Shown here: positions 1 to 12,951 of the stretch, in pieces
Layout: each line of letters opens with the position of its first letter
How positions within the stretch are numbered: the stretch's first letter is position 1
NCBI RefSeq assembly: GCF_006345805.1
Contig: NC_043015.1
Coordinates: 14,756,001 to 14,820,000, forward strand
Source: Octopus sinensis
Lineage: Eukaryota
Reading direction: 5' to 3'
Length of the DNA stretch: 64,000 nt
Notes under the pieces: model-generated
Databases searched by the model: none
What the model was told of the DNA's origin: nothing
The model's input: the letters and a program-made list of their open reading frames with translations, nothing else
Made by a program: the position numbers and the translations under genes

Positions 1-411
1 TTGCTTGCAAATTAAAAATAACAAAACAATGGTGATATCAACAACATTGGAAGATTATTAAGAAGATTGAAATGACAGACAAGATTACAACATCAAATTA
101 CTAATCCTGTAGATTGCTATTAAATATTTGATTAGCTTATGCGAACACCCTTACATCCTTGTACTAGTAATTTTAGATATTGTAAAACACAAATAAAGAA
201 TGTAAATATTTAGCTGAAGTTAGTACTGGGATAAGTATTTTGGCTAACAAGAAAAATTCTTGACATTCTGATTCATTGAGATTATCGATTGAAAAACAAG
301 ATGAATTGGATGATAGTAACTGGGTAACTAAGTGGCTACTCCCAGACACCTAGGAGTAGCCATTAACACACGCACATATATACAACATATATACAAACAT
401 ATACTTCTGGG

Positions 412-627
412 CTACAAGTTTGTGCTGAAAAGTTCCTGGCTTTGTGTAGGATGCAGGAGGATCAGTCAATTATGATTTTATTCAACATATTCCCCTCTCA
501 GATTCACACCCTTATTGCAGCAGTCCTTCAGTTTTACTAAGCTCTGTAAAAGGACCCAGAAGGCTGGGCCTCCAACCAGGTCTTTCATGATACCCTTAAA
601 GTCAGGAACTTTTCAGCACCCTGTTAT
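412..627. mobile_element. Mariner-derived MITE
   Basis: Inverted termini gtgctgaaaagttcctggcttt (422-443) and aaagtcaggaacttttcagcac (598-619), no coding capacity. Confidence 0.7.
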
Positions 628-2782
628 ATATGTCTGAGCCACATGCACTACAACTGCTCAACAATTACAGCAATTAGCAATAATTACTATGGTTGTTAAG
701 TGTCATTAACCAATTAGTCACAGTAGTGAAGAAAAACAAATACATTATTTTTAGTCATAACTATTTTATGAAATTTGAGTGGTAGACTTAATCTGTCCCC
801 CTGATTGAAACCTTTAACAGTTAAATTAAATTTCATGATTATTCCAGAAATGACCTTAATTATCTACCAAAAAATAGATTTGGTATTTTCTGCAAGTCAT
901 GTTGCCTAATTAAACTTGGTACATCTCAACAAAAATAGTCACAAACATGACATTCCTCAACAAAAGATAGAATGATATATAAAACTACTTTTTGTAGTTA
1001 AGGGTAATGAAATTTTGAGTGGATACGTGTGATTTAGCAATAAAATTTAACATAAACCACTTAGTTCTTGGCAGCATTTAGCAGAATCCATTCTGTTGCA
1101 GTCATTTGGGCCAAATTTCCAGTCTAACGATAGCTCATCCTGTTCCTCCCCTGAGTCATGGAAGCTGAAAAATGTGTCATTATTGCTGCCCTTCCTCATC
1201 TGATTGATCTGTTAAACAAATGCTCCATTTGATTCCCCATTTCCTCATTGATTTGTTAATAAAAGGAAACAACGAGTACTTCAGATGAAAATGTATTTAA
1301 ATAAGGTTTTAAAACAGCTAGGTTTTTATAAACAGACAAGTTGAAAACAACTGATTGTGTCTTAAAACATAAAGCTAGTATAGTGTTCAGTTGGATTAAT
1401 TAGTTGATGTTGATGTTTATCCTGAGGAAAACAATGTTTGAGCAGACCAATGACGAAAGGCATTCCAACCATGCCCATCTTGTTAATTTCTCAGGAATTG
1501 CACAGTTAAGATTAAATTATCCAGTGTGTTTCTCTTTTTTCAGTACAGTAGAAGTTTGGTTTGAGAGATGTTTGGTTGCTATTTTTAGCAGGTTCAAAGA
1601 TCATGTAGAAGCTCTGTTTTTGACTTATTGGATTAAGTAGTTACTGTTGCTAGTCTGTCTAAATTAATTTACCATAGTAACTCTGGGTTATATAGGAGAA
1701 TGTTTAAATTATTGTCGAAATTACTATCTTTACCAAGTGTCATGGTGTTATAATGAGACTACTACAGAATGTATTGGTGAAAAATTGTCAGTTTGTGATG
1801 TTGCTTTAATGAGATGATGGTTGCTAAAGTGAAACACTGATCTAGAACGTGTGATAGCACTATAGTATAATGGTGCCATAGTGTGATAGTGCTAAACTGA
1901 AATATTATAATAGTGTAAAAAAAAATGTTAGTAGTATACATTGAGTTTGGAGTTACAGAGTAACTTGATGTCATTGAATAACTCAGAATGAAAGAGAAAT
2001 ATTTATAGAGTAAATATTTTTATCAAAGCTCTTTATTTCAAACTATGTATTTCTCTAAGGTTAACCAAAACTGTTCTCTGTTTATTAAGCTGTCTTATTG
2101 TGTCTCATCACTTCTTAAATCTGCAAGCTTCAGAGAATCTGTCAACACATTTATCATATAAATTATTTAAAAACAAATTCTATAAAAAAGAAAACTATAT
2201 AACCACAGAATCTCTAAAACTTTGAATTATGTATATTTTTTTTAAAGGAAGATACTACTACTGTTTTCAAATAATGTAGCTCTTTCAGAGATATCTATAA
2301 GTTAATTAGATATCAGAGCTGGAAAAATAGTTAAGATGTGAATTGTTATTCTCCTGAATGACATCATATCCCACAAACATCCAGAAAAACAATAAAGATA
2401 GTTTATTTTGACAAAATTTGAAGATAAAATATTTGAGAAACACAAAACAAACAAAAAATATCAGCAAAGCAGGGTGATTGTGGATTAAAATAAATTTACT
2501 TTAGAATATCATTCTAAAATAAGAATCAGCCAAGCATGGTTGCCACTTTGACATCACTCAGTATTGTGAAAATTGGTACAATAGTATTGAACATGATAGA
2601 AAATGATACTAAAGTATCACAAAAAGACAGAAGACAGAGAGACAGAGAGAAAAAGATGGAGAGAAAGAGAGGGAGAGAGCACAAAAAGTGAGATTACAAA
2701 GATGTTATAAAATTATTTTGTTGATATCAAGTATATTAATAAATTCACCTCATTTTTTGAAGTGTTAGATGAAAATAGTAAT

Positions 2783-3720
2783 TTACATCTTTATTACACT
2801 GAACATTTCTAACATATCTGATGATGAAGCAGAAGTTGTGAGATGGAATATAATATGTTGAAGATATTTTAGAATATTGGTAATGTTCAACATTAGAAAT
2901 CTATAACTCAGAAGAGTTTGTTGAGAACTAAGGTAGCAGTGTATGGTTATTTGGCCTGTTAAAAATAGCAACCAAATCTTGCCATCTAACAAAAGGAATA
3001 ACACTATAAATGTTTTTCAGACATGGTTCTAGATGTAGTGTCTGAAAAATAGATGAAATGGCCACTCTTAGATGTTTTTAATCTGGCTGAGCAACGAGAA
3101 CAACAATATGCTGTTATAGTAAACTGTTTATTCATCGTTAACTCCCAAAGGGATCTCACTTCAATGCTGATTATATCCATATTAATTTCTATTATACAAG
3201 GGAAGAAAATATGCCAATTACTTAGAATAAGTAAATGCTTTAGCAAAGCTCTCATAGAAAATCAAACCCTCAACTTCTTCCATTACACCCTTTTCCCTCA
3301 CACAGAAAGATACCTCTGTGTGGTAATGTTGAAAAGCCAAATGAAAAAGGAAGTAAAGCTGCTGGAGATTACTTCATTTTAAAACAGGGTGGAAATCAAA
3401 AGCACGATAAATGAGATGATTTCCTAGTGACAAACAAGAATAGAATATTATATATGGTATTATGAGCTGTGAGTCATTAATTCAGCAACCAGAAGGAACA
3501 CACTGTCCATCTATAAAAAGGTAATGTAAGGGAAAAGAAGAAAAGCAGTAGCAAAGTCACTGTTTAATGCTATGAAGAAAAGGAAAAGATATCAATGCTT
3601 TGGACAGTTTGTCATTTGTCAAGATTGATGGATAGAGTAAACAAGTGAAAAAGGAAAATGGAGAAAAAATATTTGTCTCTGCCATCTTTTCATAATTTTG
3701 TTATGGAAAAGAAAATCAGC
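2783..3720 (+). pseudogene. Possible highly decayed DNA-transposase remnant (piggyBac PGBD-like?)
   Basis: Coding-like composition broken by stops and frameshifts; only weak resemblance (e.g. DINALDSLSFVKI..SKQV versus GVDLLDSL..YRI..RSKKW). Confidence 0.25.
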
Positions 3721-4169
3721 TATTAAGTGTAAAATAGCCTCAAAACAATTGTTACTATATCTATTTCTTCTGTTCAAAATTTTTCTGTAGCTTCACATTG
3801 TTAACATTAAAGAAGAAGCAGTTATTTTTTATGATTTTTGTTGTTGTTTTGACTTGGTGTGAACTTTCACAACACATTGATAGTTACAAAAATCTGAAAG
3901 TTTCATTTTGATATAAGAAAATATTATATCAGTAAAGAACTCATTTTTGTTCAATATGGAATTTGTATGGAATCCATTATATTAAAAGCCTAGATAATTG
4001 CTTCATTTAGTTATTCAATATCCCAGTTTTTTTGCACTGGTGCAAATGATAAACTGTCTCAAAGGATTTTAAAAAAAATTGTATAACTGTTCTCAAAATG
4101 TAGACTATACACTTCTAAAAATCAAACTTAAGCACATCTCTCTTATCTCTGAACAGTATAAATAAAGCA

Positions 4170-4560
4170 ACATACTCTATCGATTCATGTTCATGTGACA
4201 ACCTGACTTGTGGCCAGTTATAAGTGATGTCAGACATAAGGTATCTGGGATATGAACATTTGGAATCATGTAGATTTTTAGATTGAGAGCAGACTTGGAA
4301 AGGATCAGGTTAGTTTTGGTTCTAGCTTCAAAAACATCTTCACCAACTTCATTGTTTGCAAGCTCTGACATAGTTTGTATATTTGCAAAATAGGATACTG
4401 TTTAGGTGACTGCTTCTCAGAACATCTGTATGACTGTGGCAGGTATCTCAAAATCCATAGTTTAATATTTCTGTCACTCTATTGACAATAGTTTGAGTTG
4501 TTTCCTTGAACCAAAGATACTTTCACAGCATACCATTTTAATCCTTGCTACTTCTACAGA
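4170..4560 (-). pseudogene. Possible Penelope-like RT remnant
   Basis: KIYMIPNVHIPD resembles the Penelope RT motif FYxLPKIHKP; lies next to the repeat and hammerhead unit at 4761-5250. Confidence 0.3.
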
Positions 4561-4760
4561 CATTAGTAAATGGTTTTCCTTTTAGTTCTATCGTTTCCAT
4601 CTCATTTCGCTTTAACCCCCACCACCTCACCAACATTCAGACTTTACCCTAACATTTGTGGAGTGCACATGCATATGCATACAAATGCACTAATTTTCTT
4701 CTCCTGGTATCCCAAGCAAGTCTTCCTTTACCTATCTAGCAATATAAACAATTGTCTTTT

Positions 4761-5250
4761 TCACCAAAAGACAATATGAGAGTTTCTCTTGTGGCATTCA
4801 CTGCAGTATAGTTTGTTCTAATAGAACATCCACACTTAAATGGGGATAAATAATATCTCTCAATATTAATACTGCCTCTGTTGCTAATATATATTTTTTA
4901 ACAAACTCACTGGCTAATTGCAACACCAGAACTTGTTCTGGTGCTGTTATGCTATATATTGCTGGCAGGGAGATTAGTTACTGCTATCTTTAGTGGTTGA
5001 GCATCCATCATTGATGAGACCAAAGAAGGTCAAAATCATGTGATCCGATGGTCTTGGTGCTGGAGGTGGTGGGGATTTATCTCACCTCTAGTGTTACAAA
5101 CAATTGTGCATTTTGCACCAAAAGCCAATATGAGAGTTTCTCTCATGGTATCTGCCATAGAATAGCTTGTTCTTATAGAACATCCATATTTTAGTGGGGA
5201 TAAATATTGCCTCTTGGTATTAATGCTACCTCTATTGTTTGTATATATAT
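4761..5250 (+). repeat. Two direct copies (~4761-4890, ~5117-5250) of a ~130-bp repeat flanking a hammerhead-like motif; Penelope pLTR-like
   Basis: Shared caccaaaag.caatatgagagtttctct...gttct.atagaacatcca...tggggataaata. The same family recurs as an inverted pair at 20260-20510. Confidence 0.7.
5005..5051 (+). ncRNA. Degenerate minimal type I hammerhead ribozyme motif
   Basis: ccatca-TTGATGA-gacc(aaagaa)ggtc-AAAA-tca(tg)tga-TC-cgatgg: stems I, II and III all form. Core deviates at C3>U and G12>A. Confidence 0.65.
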
Positions 5251-5625
5251 TACCTATCTATCTTTGCATACTAAAACATTTCTCCTAATTTTTCTCCATC
5301 TAATCATCATCATCATCTTAATCCACTGTTTTAAATCTGGGTTTTTTCCCCGTTAACGAGGGTGGCCAAATCTACCTCAATGCCCTAGCAACTGCCCTCA
5401 CACCATCTCGCCATCTTACCCGGTTTTGGGTGTCCTCCTTTTTCAAACAAACCCTCCCAATCTTCTCCTCCATCTTTCATTTGCCTCAAACACACTCACC
5501 CTCCTTACAACACACTCTTCATCTCTCCTCAACACATGCCCATGCCACCTCATCTTTATTCACATCCCTTATTGTTTGTACATAATTTAGTCCATATGTA
5601 TGCATATTCATATACCTTTTTATTA

Positions 5626-6065
5626 TTTTACTTGTTTCAGTCATTTGACTGCAACCTTGCTGGAACACTGCCTTGAAGGGTTTTAGTCGAACAAATAGAC
5701 CCCAGGACTTATTTTAACTGCTAAGTTACAGGGGTGTAAACACACCAACACCGGTTCTCAAGTGGTGATGGGGAGACAAACATAGACACAGAGACATATA
5801 TACATACATATGTATTATATATATATCAACGGTGGTGCCCCAGCATGACCGCAGCTTTTGGGCTGAAATATTTTTAAGGATTTAAGGATATATATATATA
5901 TATATATATGTATATGCACACACGCACACACACATACACGCACACACACATACACGCGCGCATACACACACACACACACACAAAATGGGCTTCTTTCAGT
6001 TTCCATCTACCAAATCCACTCACAAAGGCTTTGGTCAGCCTGAGGCTATAATAGAAAACACAGCC
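5626..6065 (-). mobile_element. tRNA-derived SINE, family A (truncated)
   Basis: Reverse complement of the family A body and tail (gactgaaacaagtaaaa), internal (TA)/(CA) tract. Confidence 0.8.
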
Positions 6066-6374
6066 ATGCATGTACATATACTTATCTATGAATATGATTA
6101 CAAGAGCAATCTGAAATTGTAATGTAAAATTTACCTTCAAATTTTGTTGTGTTTCATTGTGGGTCAGTAATATATCAAGGTGTTTGTGCTAAGTTTTATA
6201 CTAACAATTATTCCTAGGCCTCAAATTATTCTTATCTCTCCATTTGCGTATGTAAGTATATACACATACTATTTCATGTATCATTCCATCCATATGCACA
6301 TACTTGCATATTCTTCTTTCATCTTTCTCTTACTCTCTCTCTCTCTCTTCATCTCTCTCTCTCACACACACACA

Positions 6375-6722
6375 CAATGGTTGTGTAGCTAAGAAGCTCA
6401 CTTTGCAACCATGTGCTTTTGGGTTCAGCCTTACAGTATGTCACCTTGGGCAAGTATCTTCTAAAGCCTCAGGCTGATAGTTGCCTTGCGAGTGAATCTG
6501 GTGAACAGAAACTGTCTGGAAGTCATCTGATGTGGGTGTGTCTTTGCGTTTGTCCCTCATCATCACTTGACAACTGGCTTTGGTTTGTTTACATCCTTCA
6601 TAACTTAGCAATCTGGTAAAGGTGATAATAGAACAAGTCCTGGGGCTGATTCGTTTGATTAAATCCTTCGAGATGGTATTCCAGTTTGGCTGCAGTTCAA
6701 AAACTGAAAGAAGTAAAAGATA
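6375..6722 (+). mobile_element. tRNA-derived SINE, family A (diverged)
   Basis: tRNA-like head, ttgggcaagt.tctt motif, tail actgaaagaagtaaaag. Confidence 0.7.
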
Positions 6723-6729
6723 AAGGATA

Positions 6730-6763
<34 letters not shown>

Positions 6764-6764
<1 letters not shown>

Positions 6765-7142
6765 GTGCAGGAGTGGCTGTGTGGTAAGTAGCTTACTTAC
6801 CAACCACATGGTCCCGGGTTCAGTCCCACTACATGGCACTTAGGGCAAGTGTCTTCTACTATAGCCTCAGAGCGATCAAACCCTTGTGAGTAGATTTGGT
6901 GGATGGAAACTGAAAGAAGCCCATCGTATATATGTGTGTGTGTATGTCTATGTTTGTCACTCTGCCATCAGTGGATACTGGTGTGTTTATGTCCCCATAA
7001 CTTAGTGGTTCAGTAAAAATGACTAGTAGAATAAGTACTAGGCTTACAAAAAATAAGTCCTGGGGTTGATTTCTTCAACTAAAACCCTTTAAGATGGTGC
7101 TCCAGCATGGCCATAGTCAAATGACTGAGACAAGTAAAAGAG
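6764..7142 (+). mobile_element. tRNA-derived SINE, family A (full length)
   Basis: A-box-like tggctgtgtggtaag, B-box-like gggttcagtccc, tail ccagcatggccatagtcaaatgactgagacaagtaaaag. Confidence 0.85.
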
Positions 7143-7299
7143 TATATATACATACTTACATACATACATATGTAATATACATATACATAGTTAACTGTTT
7201 CATAAAGGTCAGATTAGCAAAAAAAGTACACCATTCAGTGAAACATAATTATCATTTAATGTACACTACATTAGAATACAAGATACTAATTGTTTCTTG

Positions 7300-8100
7300 C
7301 CATTGAGATACATTGTTAGGAAGATTTTAATAATGTTCCTTAGACTCAGTGCACAAGAAGGTGAATATCAGGGGAAATAGAGAGGTTCGAGAAGGGTAGG
7401 TGCATTGGTTTATAAGTGTGAGAGGAGAGCGAAAAATATTTAGAGAAGGAGTATAGGTGAGTGTAGGAACTGGTGAACAAGGATGGATGGTAATTATCAG
7501 TTCAGGGAGGGAAGGTGAAATGAAATTGGAATGTCTCATAAGAAGGAGGTAGTAAGTGGAAGTACAGAAAGTGTGAAGAGTAGCAGTGCATAAGATAGAT
7601 GAGAAATAGGGTGATGATGTGCAGGGTGAAAGAGAAAAAGCAGATAGAGAGATGTACAGTGAAAGAGATGTATGTCAGAGGTATGTAGGGGTGAATGTAG
7701 TGAGCGACAGACAAAGATGTGGGGAAGCATTGATAGCAGATTTATTGAAAAATAAGAAGATTGAAAAATGATAGCAAATATGAAAGGGTGTCGAAGATGA
7801 AGCATGGCAGTCATAAGATGTAGTTCTGAGGAAAGAGAGAGGTGATCGGTCGCACAAAAAGTATTGATCACTAGAAAATAAAGTGGGGGGGGGGATAATA
7901 TTGAGAATGGGGGACTGGTATTAAAAGGAAGTGGTTCCAGAGAGAGGTGTAATTGTTAGCACAAAAAGAATGAGATATGTGCAGTTTTGCTCTTACATAA
8001 GTACTGTAGCTGAATAGTACCAAAGTTGAAAGAAGGATGGAGGGATGGGTGTTAGGAAGATTAGTGGTGAGGAAGGCCTGACAGGGACAAATTGGGTGCA
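7300..8100 (-). pseudogene. Decayed retroelement ORF remnant (Penelope-like N-terminus?)
   Basis: Strong purine skew on +, broken minus-strand ORFs, weak LSIPPDIHL similarity to Penelope N-terminal motifs. Confidence 0.25.
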
Positions 8101-8720
8101 AGGGCATATATGAATGTGTGTGTGTGTAGGTGCACTATGGCTGAATGACTAAGAAGTTCATTTTGCAATTGGTCATGATCCCATTGCATGGTATCTAGAA
8201 GAAATGTCATTTTCTGTAGCCTTAGGTAACCTTGTGAAATTGGGTGGATGGCAATTGCTTAGAAGCCTGTTTTGTGCATTGCACCTATACTTCAGAAGGT
8301 ATGACCTTGTCACACATTGTATCACTCTAATTCCATCTGCAAATAATACTAACAGTACATGTAACTGTGGAATCTTCAACCTCTTACGTGTTAATTCAGG
8401 AGTAGCTTATTCAGCTGACTGAACAGCAGAATGTTCATTGTTGAATGATGGTGATCCACCACCACCACCACACATGCACGCAGAGAGAGAGAGAGAGAGA
8501 GAGAGAGGGAGTCAGTCTAAATTTCAATGAGATGATGCATCAGAATGTTTTAAGATGCAAACTATTCATTTCAACATTGCTGAAGAAATGATGGATATTT
8601 ATTGCAAGTCCATTATCGAAATGGCCAAGTTTTCTTCAAATCACCCTCATTCTGTCTTAACAAATTTTCTAGATGTGTTGCTTTGACTTATTTTTAATTT
8701 TAAATAATAATCTTCAAAAT

Positions 8721-8824
<104 letters not shown>

Positions 8825-9035
8825 GTATGTAGTTGTAGAAGCTGTGATGTTAGCAGCAATAGTAGTATGGTGTTTTATGGAATTTATACTTCAAAAACTG
8901 TCTGAGAAAAGTTATGACTTTTGTAATATTATATTTAAAAAACAGCTTCGAAATAAATTTATTTATATCTGTTTTCCATTTTATTGTATAAAGTTATGAA
9001 ATAAATTCTGTTAAAAGTAACTTTTTCTTTTTCAG

Positions 9036-9090
9036 TTTATTTATGATTTCAGTAATGTGGCTGTTTCGACGTTATCTGGCATTAGCCCAG
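9036..9090 (+). CDS. Internal coding exon of a cAMP-receptor-like (Dicty_CAR/GPR157-like) GPCR: end of TM1 and ICL1
   Basis: Acceptor ctttttctttttcag|9036 and donor CAG|gtgagc at 9090/9091. Phase 2 to 0, translating x-LFMISVMWLFRRYLALAQ. Joins 49845 in frame to give WLFRRY....QRLILYLSI, the pattern I recall for invertebrate cAMP-receptor-like GPCRs. Family call is from memory, not a search. Confidence 0.75.
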
Positions 9091-9220
9091 GTGAGCTAAT
9101 CTTTCTAATTCTTAATCCTTTTATTTCACTTTTACGTGGCATTGGCTCAGGTGAGCCAATGCCTTATAATATTATTTAATCTTTTTCTCTCAGTGTTGAT
9201 ATTGTCTCAGCTGAGCTCAT
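9041..9220 (+). repeat. Diverged 60-bp-period triplication overlapping the GPCR exon donor
   Basis: attagcccaggtgagctaat (9081), attggctcaggtgagccaat (9141), attgtctcagctgagctcat (9201); spacing exactly 60 nt. Confidence 0.7.
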
Positions 9221-9325
9221 CCTATCATTTATTTTCTCTTTTAACACATTTTAAATTCAGTTTTGTGAATTCCTTTTGAAATTATTCAGTGATATGAAAT
9301 ATTTTAAGATTATAAGTGATTTAAA

Positions 9326-9391
9326 GTGATCTAGTGGTTAGAATTCTGTACTCCTATCACAGTAGCCTGGGTTCAATTCCCACTTAGGAAA
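9326..9391 (+). pseudogene. tRNA-Glu-like pseudogene or SINE head
   Basis: gtgatctagtggttagaattc...gggttcaattccc aligns to eukaryotic tRNA-Glu with CpG-type changes; acceptor stem and anticodon are degenerate. Confidence 0.55.
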
Positions 9392-9689
9392 CAGGAAACA
9401 GCTATTTTAGGTGCAGTCATGGGTATGTTGTTAATAAGCTCACTTTGCAACCACATGGTTTCAGGTTCAATTCCACTGTACAACACCTTGAGCATCTTCT
9501 GCTACAGTCAACCGATGTCGTATGAATTTGGTTGATGGAAAGTTTGTGGAAGCCCATTGTGTATATGTGTGTCTTTATGCTTATGTCCCCCCCCCTCCAC
9601 CACTGCACCACTTGACAACTGGTGTTGGTTTGTTTATGTTTCCATAACTTAGCAGTTCAGCAAAAGGACCCTACAGTTTAGTTTTTTTT

Positions 9690-10900
9690 TTTCAGTTTGG
9701 CTGTCCTCTTGAATTCTTTAATGTTTTCACATGAGCATGTCATCCATCATGATCCCCCATGTATGTTCTTAATTTGTCAACATTTGCCATTCCATTGTCC
9801 TGGAGCAAGTTGTCCACTTCCTCTGTTGAGTCTCCCTTCAACTGACTGTCATAGCCAATTGACACACAGGTTCTTCTGGGTGCCTGACTCAATGGCCAGC
9901 AATTATCATTCTTTTCTGCTGAGTCTTCTTCTCTGATGAGTCTTGGGTAGATCTTGATAAAGCTGCTTATTCATTAAATGAGCTCTCTATCTTAACATTC
10001 AGAGTCAATCTTAACATTCTTCTGTAGCAGCCATCTACAGTAATCCCTCGACTATCACAGACGTTATGTTCCAAAATCCCCTGCACTTGGGGAAAATTCG
10101 TGAAATAGAAACAATACTGTACTCTATATTTTTTTATCATTTTTATAAATTACTCTTTTATTCTTTTACTTGTTTCAGTCATTTGACTGTGGCCATGCTG
10201 GAGCACTGCCTTTAGTCGAGCAAATCGACCCCAGGACTTATTCTTTGTAAGCCTAGTACTTATTCTATTGGTCTCTTTTGCTGAACCGCTAAGTTACGGG
10301 GACGTAAACATACCAGCATCGGTTGTCAAGCGATGTTGGGGGGACGAACATAGACACACAAACATATACACACACACGTACATATATATATACATACATA
10401 CATACATATATATGACAGGCGCTTCTTTCAGTTTCCGTCTACCAAATCCACTCACAAGGCTTTGGTTGGCACGAGGCTATAGTAGAAGACACTTGCCCAA
10501 AGTACCACGCAGGGGGACTGAATCTGGAACCATGTGGTTGGTGAGCAAGCTACTTACCACACAGCCACTCCTTTATTTTATAAATGCAAAACAACACCAC
10601 AGAGGAATTGATGTAATCTTAAATAGTAAACTGCAATAGGTAAACTGTAATATGGTGAGAGTTTACTATATTTGTTTTTCAAGCTTTTTGGTGAAGGTCC
10701 AAGTTGCAGCACCATATAACAAAATCAGCTGAACTGTGGAGCCAAGCAACTCAATTTTCAATTTACATGCCACCTTAGAACTCCAGAATTTATGCAGTTT
10801 GTGACATGCACTCCAAGCAAGTGCATTCCATACAGCAAAGTCTTTTTTGCTTCTTTCTACCCAAGCACCGAGGTACCTATAGGTAGGAATGAGTACCAAA
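9690..10900 (-). mobile_element. RTE-clade LINE 3' fragments interrupted by a SINE
   Basis: TYRYLGAWV...LAWSACHKL...LLYGAATWTFTKKLEKQ (10666-10899) and DGCYRRMLRLTLNV (~10000-10050) are RTE RT C-terminal motifs. Confidence 0.7.
10162..10570 (-). mobile_element. tRNA-derived SINE, family A (full length, low divergence)
   Basis: Reverse complement of head, body and tail. Further family A copies or fragments at ~9417, 11750, 13505, 29672, 46018, 47438, 49170, 52782 and 60130. Confidence 0.9.
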
Positions 10901-12912
10901 CTTTAAAACTAAAAACTGCAATTGATTGTTCAAATAAACCCTTCAAGGTAGTGCCCCAGGATGGCTGCTCTCCAATGATTAAAACGAGTAAAAGATAATA
11001 TATTAAAAACAAAAACATCTGAGTATTTATAAACTATATATAAAAAAATAGGTCAATCAGCGTGATAGCCATGAGCTTAATCATCAAACACTTCAGTCTC
11101 TGGCTCATAGATATGTTGACCTTGTTTGCATTTTCTACTCTTACAGCAATAGTTTCTACTCTTTGAAGCTAGGTTGTCCTGTAACCACCTCCACTCTAGT
11201 ACTCTTGACTTGTCTCTCCTCCTCCTCTTCTCACATATATTATGTCCATTCTCACCAGGCCCTACACTAACCATTACGTTCAGGCTTTCAGCCCCTCTAC
11301 CAAAACATTGATTCCTGTTGAATTCTCTCCTTATCCATATTTTTTCTGTAGCCATTGACGACATTAACCACTTCAATTTCACTAGTCTCATAAGACATGT
11401 AAAGGCCATGAGTGTAGTCCCTTGCTCCATCCATTATTGATTAATAATGTGTGTGTGTGTATGTGTGTATGTGATCATCATTATCATCTTATTAACATCC
11501 ACTTGCATTTATATACATGCCTCTGTGTGTGTGTATGCATGCGTGTGTGTGTATGCATGCATGTGTGTGTATGCATACATGTGCGTGTGTGTGTATACAC
11601 AGATTTTCTACAGCTGGATACCTTTCTTGTCATCAATTCTTGTCTATTTCCAAGCAAGGTAATATTTCCTCATCACTAGACATGTTTTCCCAAAATATTG
11701 GAAATGAATGATACTGCTTATATGACAGTGACAGGCATTTACATCTATCACATAATGTCAAAACAAGACAAGCACACACACACACACACATGCTCTCATA
11801 CACATACAATAGGCTTCTTTCAGTATCCATCTACCAAAATCCACTAACAATGCTTTGGCCAGCCTAGGGCTATATAGTAGAAGACATTTGTCCAAGGTGT
11901 CTTGTAGTTGGGCTGAACCTGGGAAGCAATCTTCTCAACCCACCTCATCCAGAACTGTGCTTTATCATTGAAATTAATTTAAAAGACGGGATTTTGAACA
12001 CTTTTGCTCTGCAAAGATATAATATGCTGAACAGCATACAGCAATATACTCGACCAATTCATGTGACAAAATGACTTGTGGCAGACGATTCACACCAATA
12101 ATCACATCTCATTTCTACGTCATAATAGGTGACTGTCAAAACAACTTATGTATAACACATTATGTAAGTAAACAATTTCTATTTGGAAACAGAGTAATAA
12201 CTTTAAAGACTCAAATTAACTTTAAGACAACTGTGCCAACTGGATGTGTCTATGATTGTATTCTTCTATGACTTGATATATTAGTTTGTCAGAATTGCTG
12301 TTGTTGATTAGCATTTAATTATTCTGTAGATGTTTTGATTTAGTTCTTCATTTGTGTGGGTGAATCTAAATGCTCATTAAGTAATAATATACTAAAATTG
12401 CTATAATTAAACAGTTACATATTTATTACCACATTTGGGTATATTCAGATGCAAAATATTCTGGTTGTTGTAGTGTATGTGATAAGAGAATAACTTCTCC
12501 CTTTTGTGACAACAGTGTGTTCAACACACAAGGCTCATTGGTGTTCTGGGACACCAGTGTTTTAACATTGATGTATCTCATCAGCCTAAATCAGTTGGAA
12601 TTCCGAGCCCAAATGAAGTCACTGGCTTTGTTTATACTTTCACTGAACAAATTGTTTTGCTGATCAAAGCTGCTAATGACCAAATATGCACAAATTATAG
12701 AATCGAAAACCACATTATCAAAAATGATTTTAGATTAGATACACTGCATCTAAAATGGGTTTGGCAATTGGAAGGGTAACTGATTGTGAAACATAGCCTC
12801 AGAGAAACTATCCATATTAGTTCAAACTTGTACATGCACGCACATTAATACATAAATACACATATGTATACATATATACAATTCCATGTATATTTACATA
12901 AATATTTATTTA

Positions 12913-12951
<39 letters not shown>

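Noticed and set aside
2536-2583. MVATLTSLSIV as the upstream TM1 exon
   Set aside because: No phase-2 donor to match the 9036 acceptor; no good acceptor.
9138-9163. Iron-responsive element or histone stem-loop
   Set aside because: Lacks the CAGUGN loop with bulged C and the histone consensus; intronic position.
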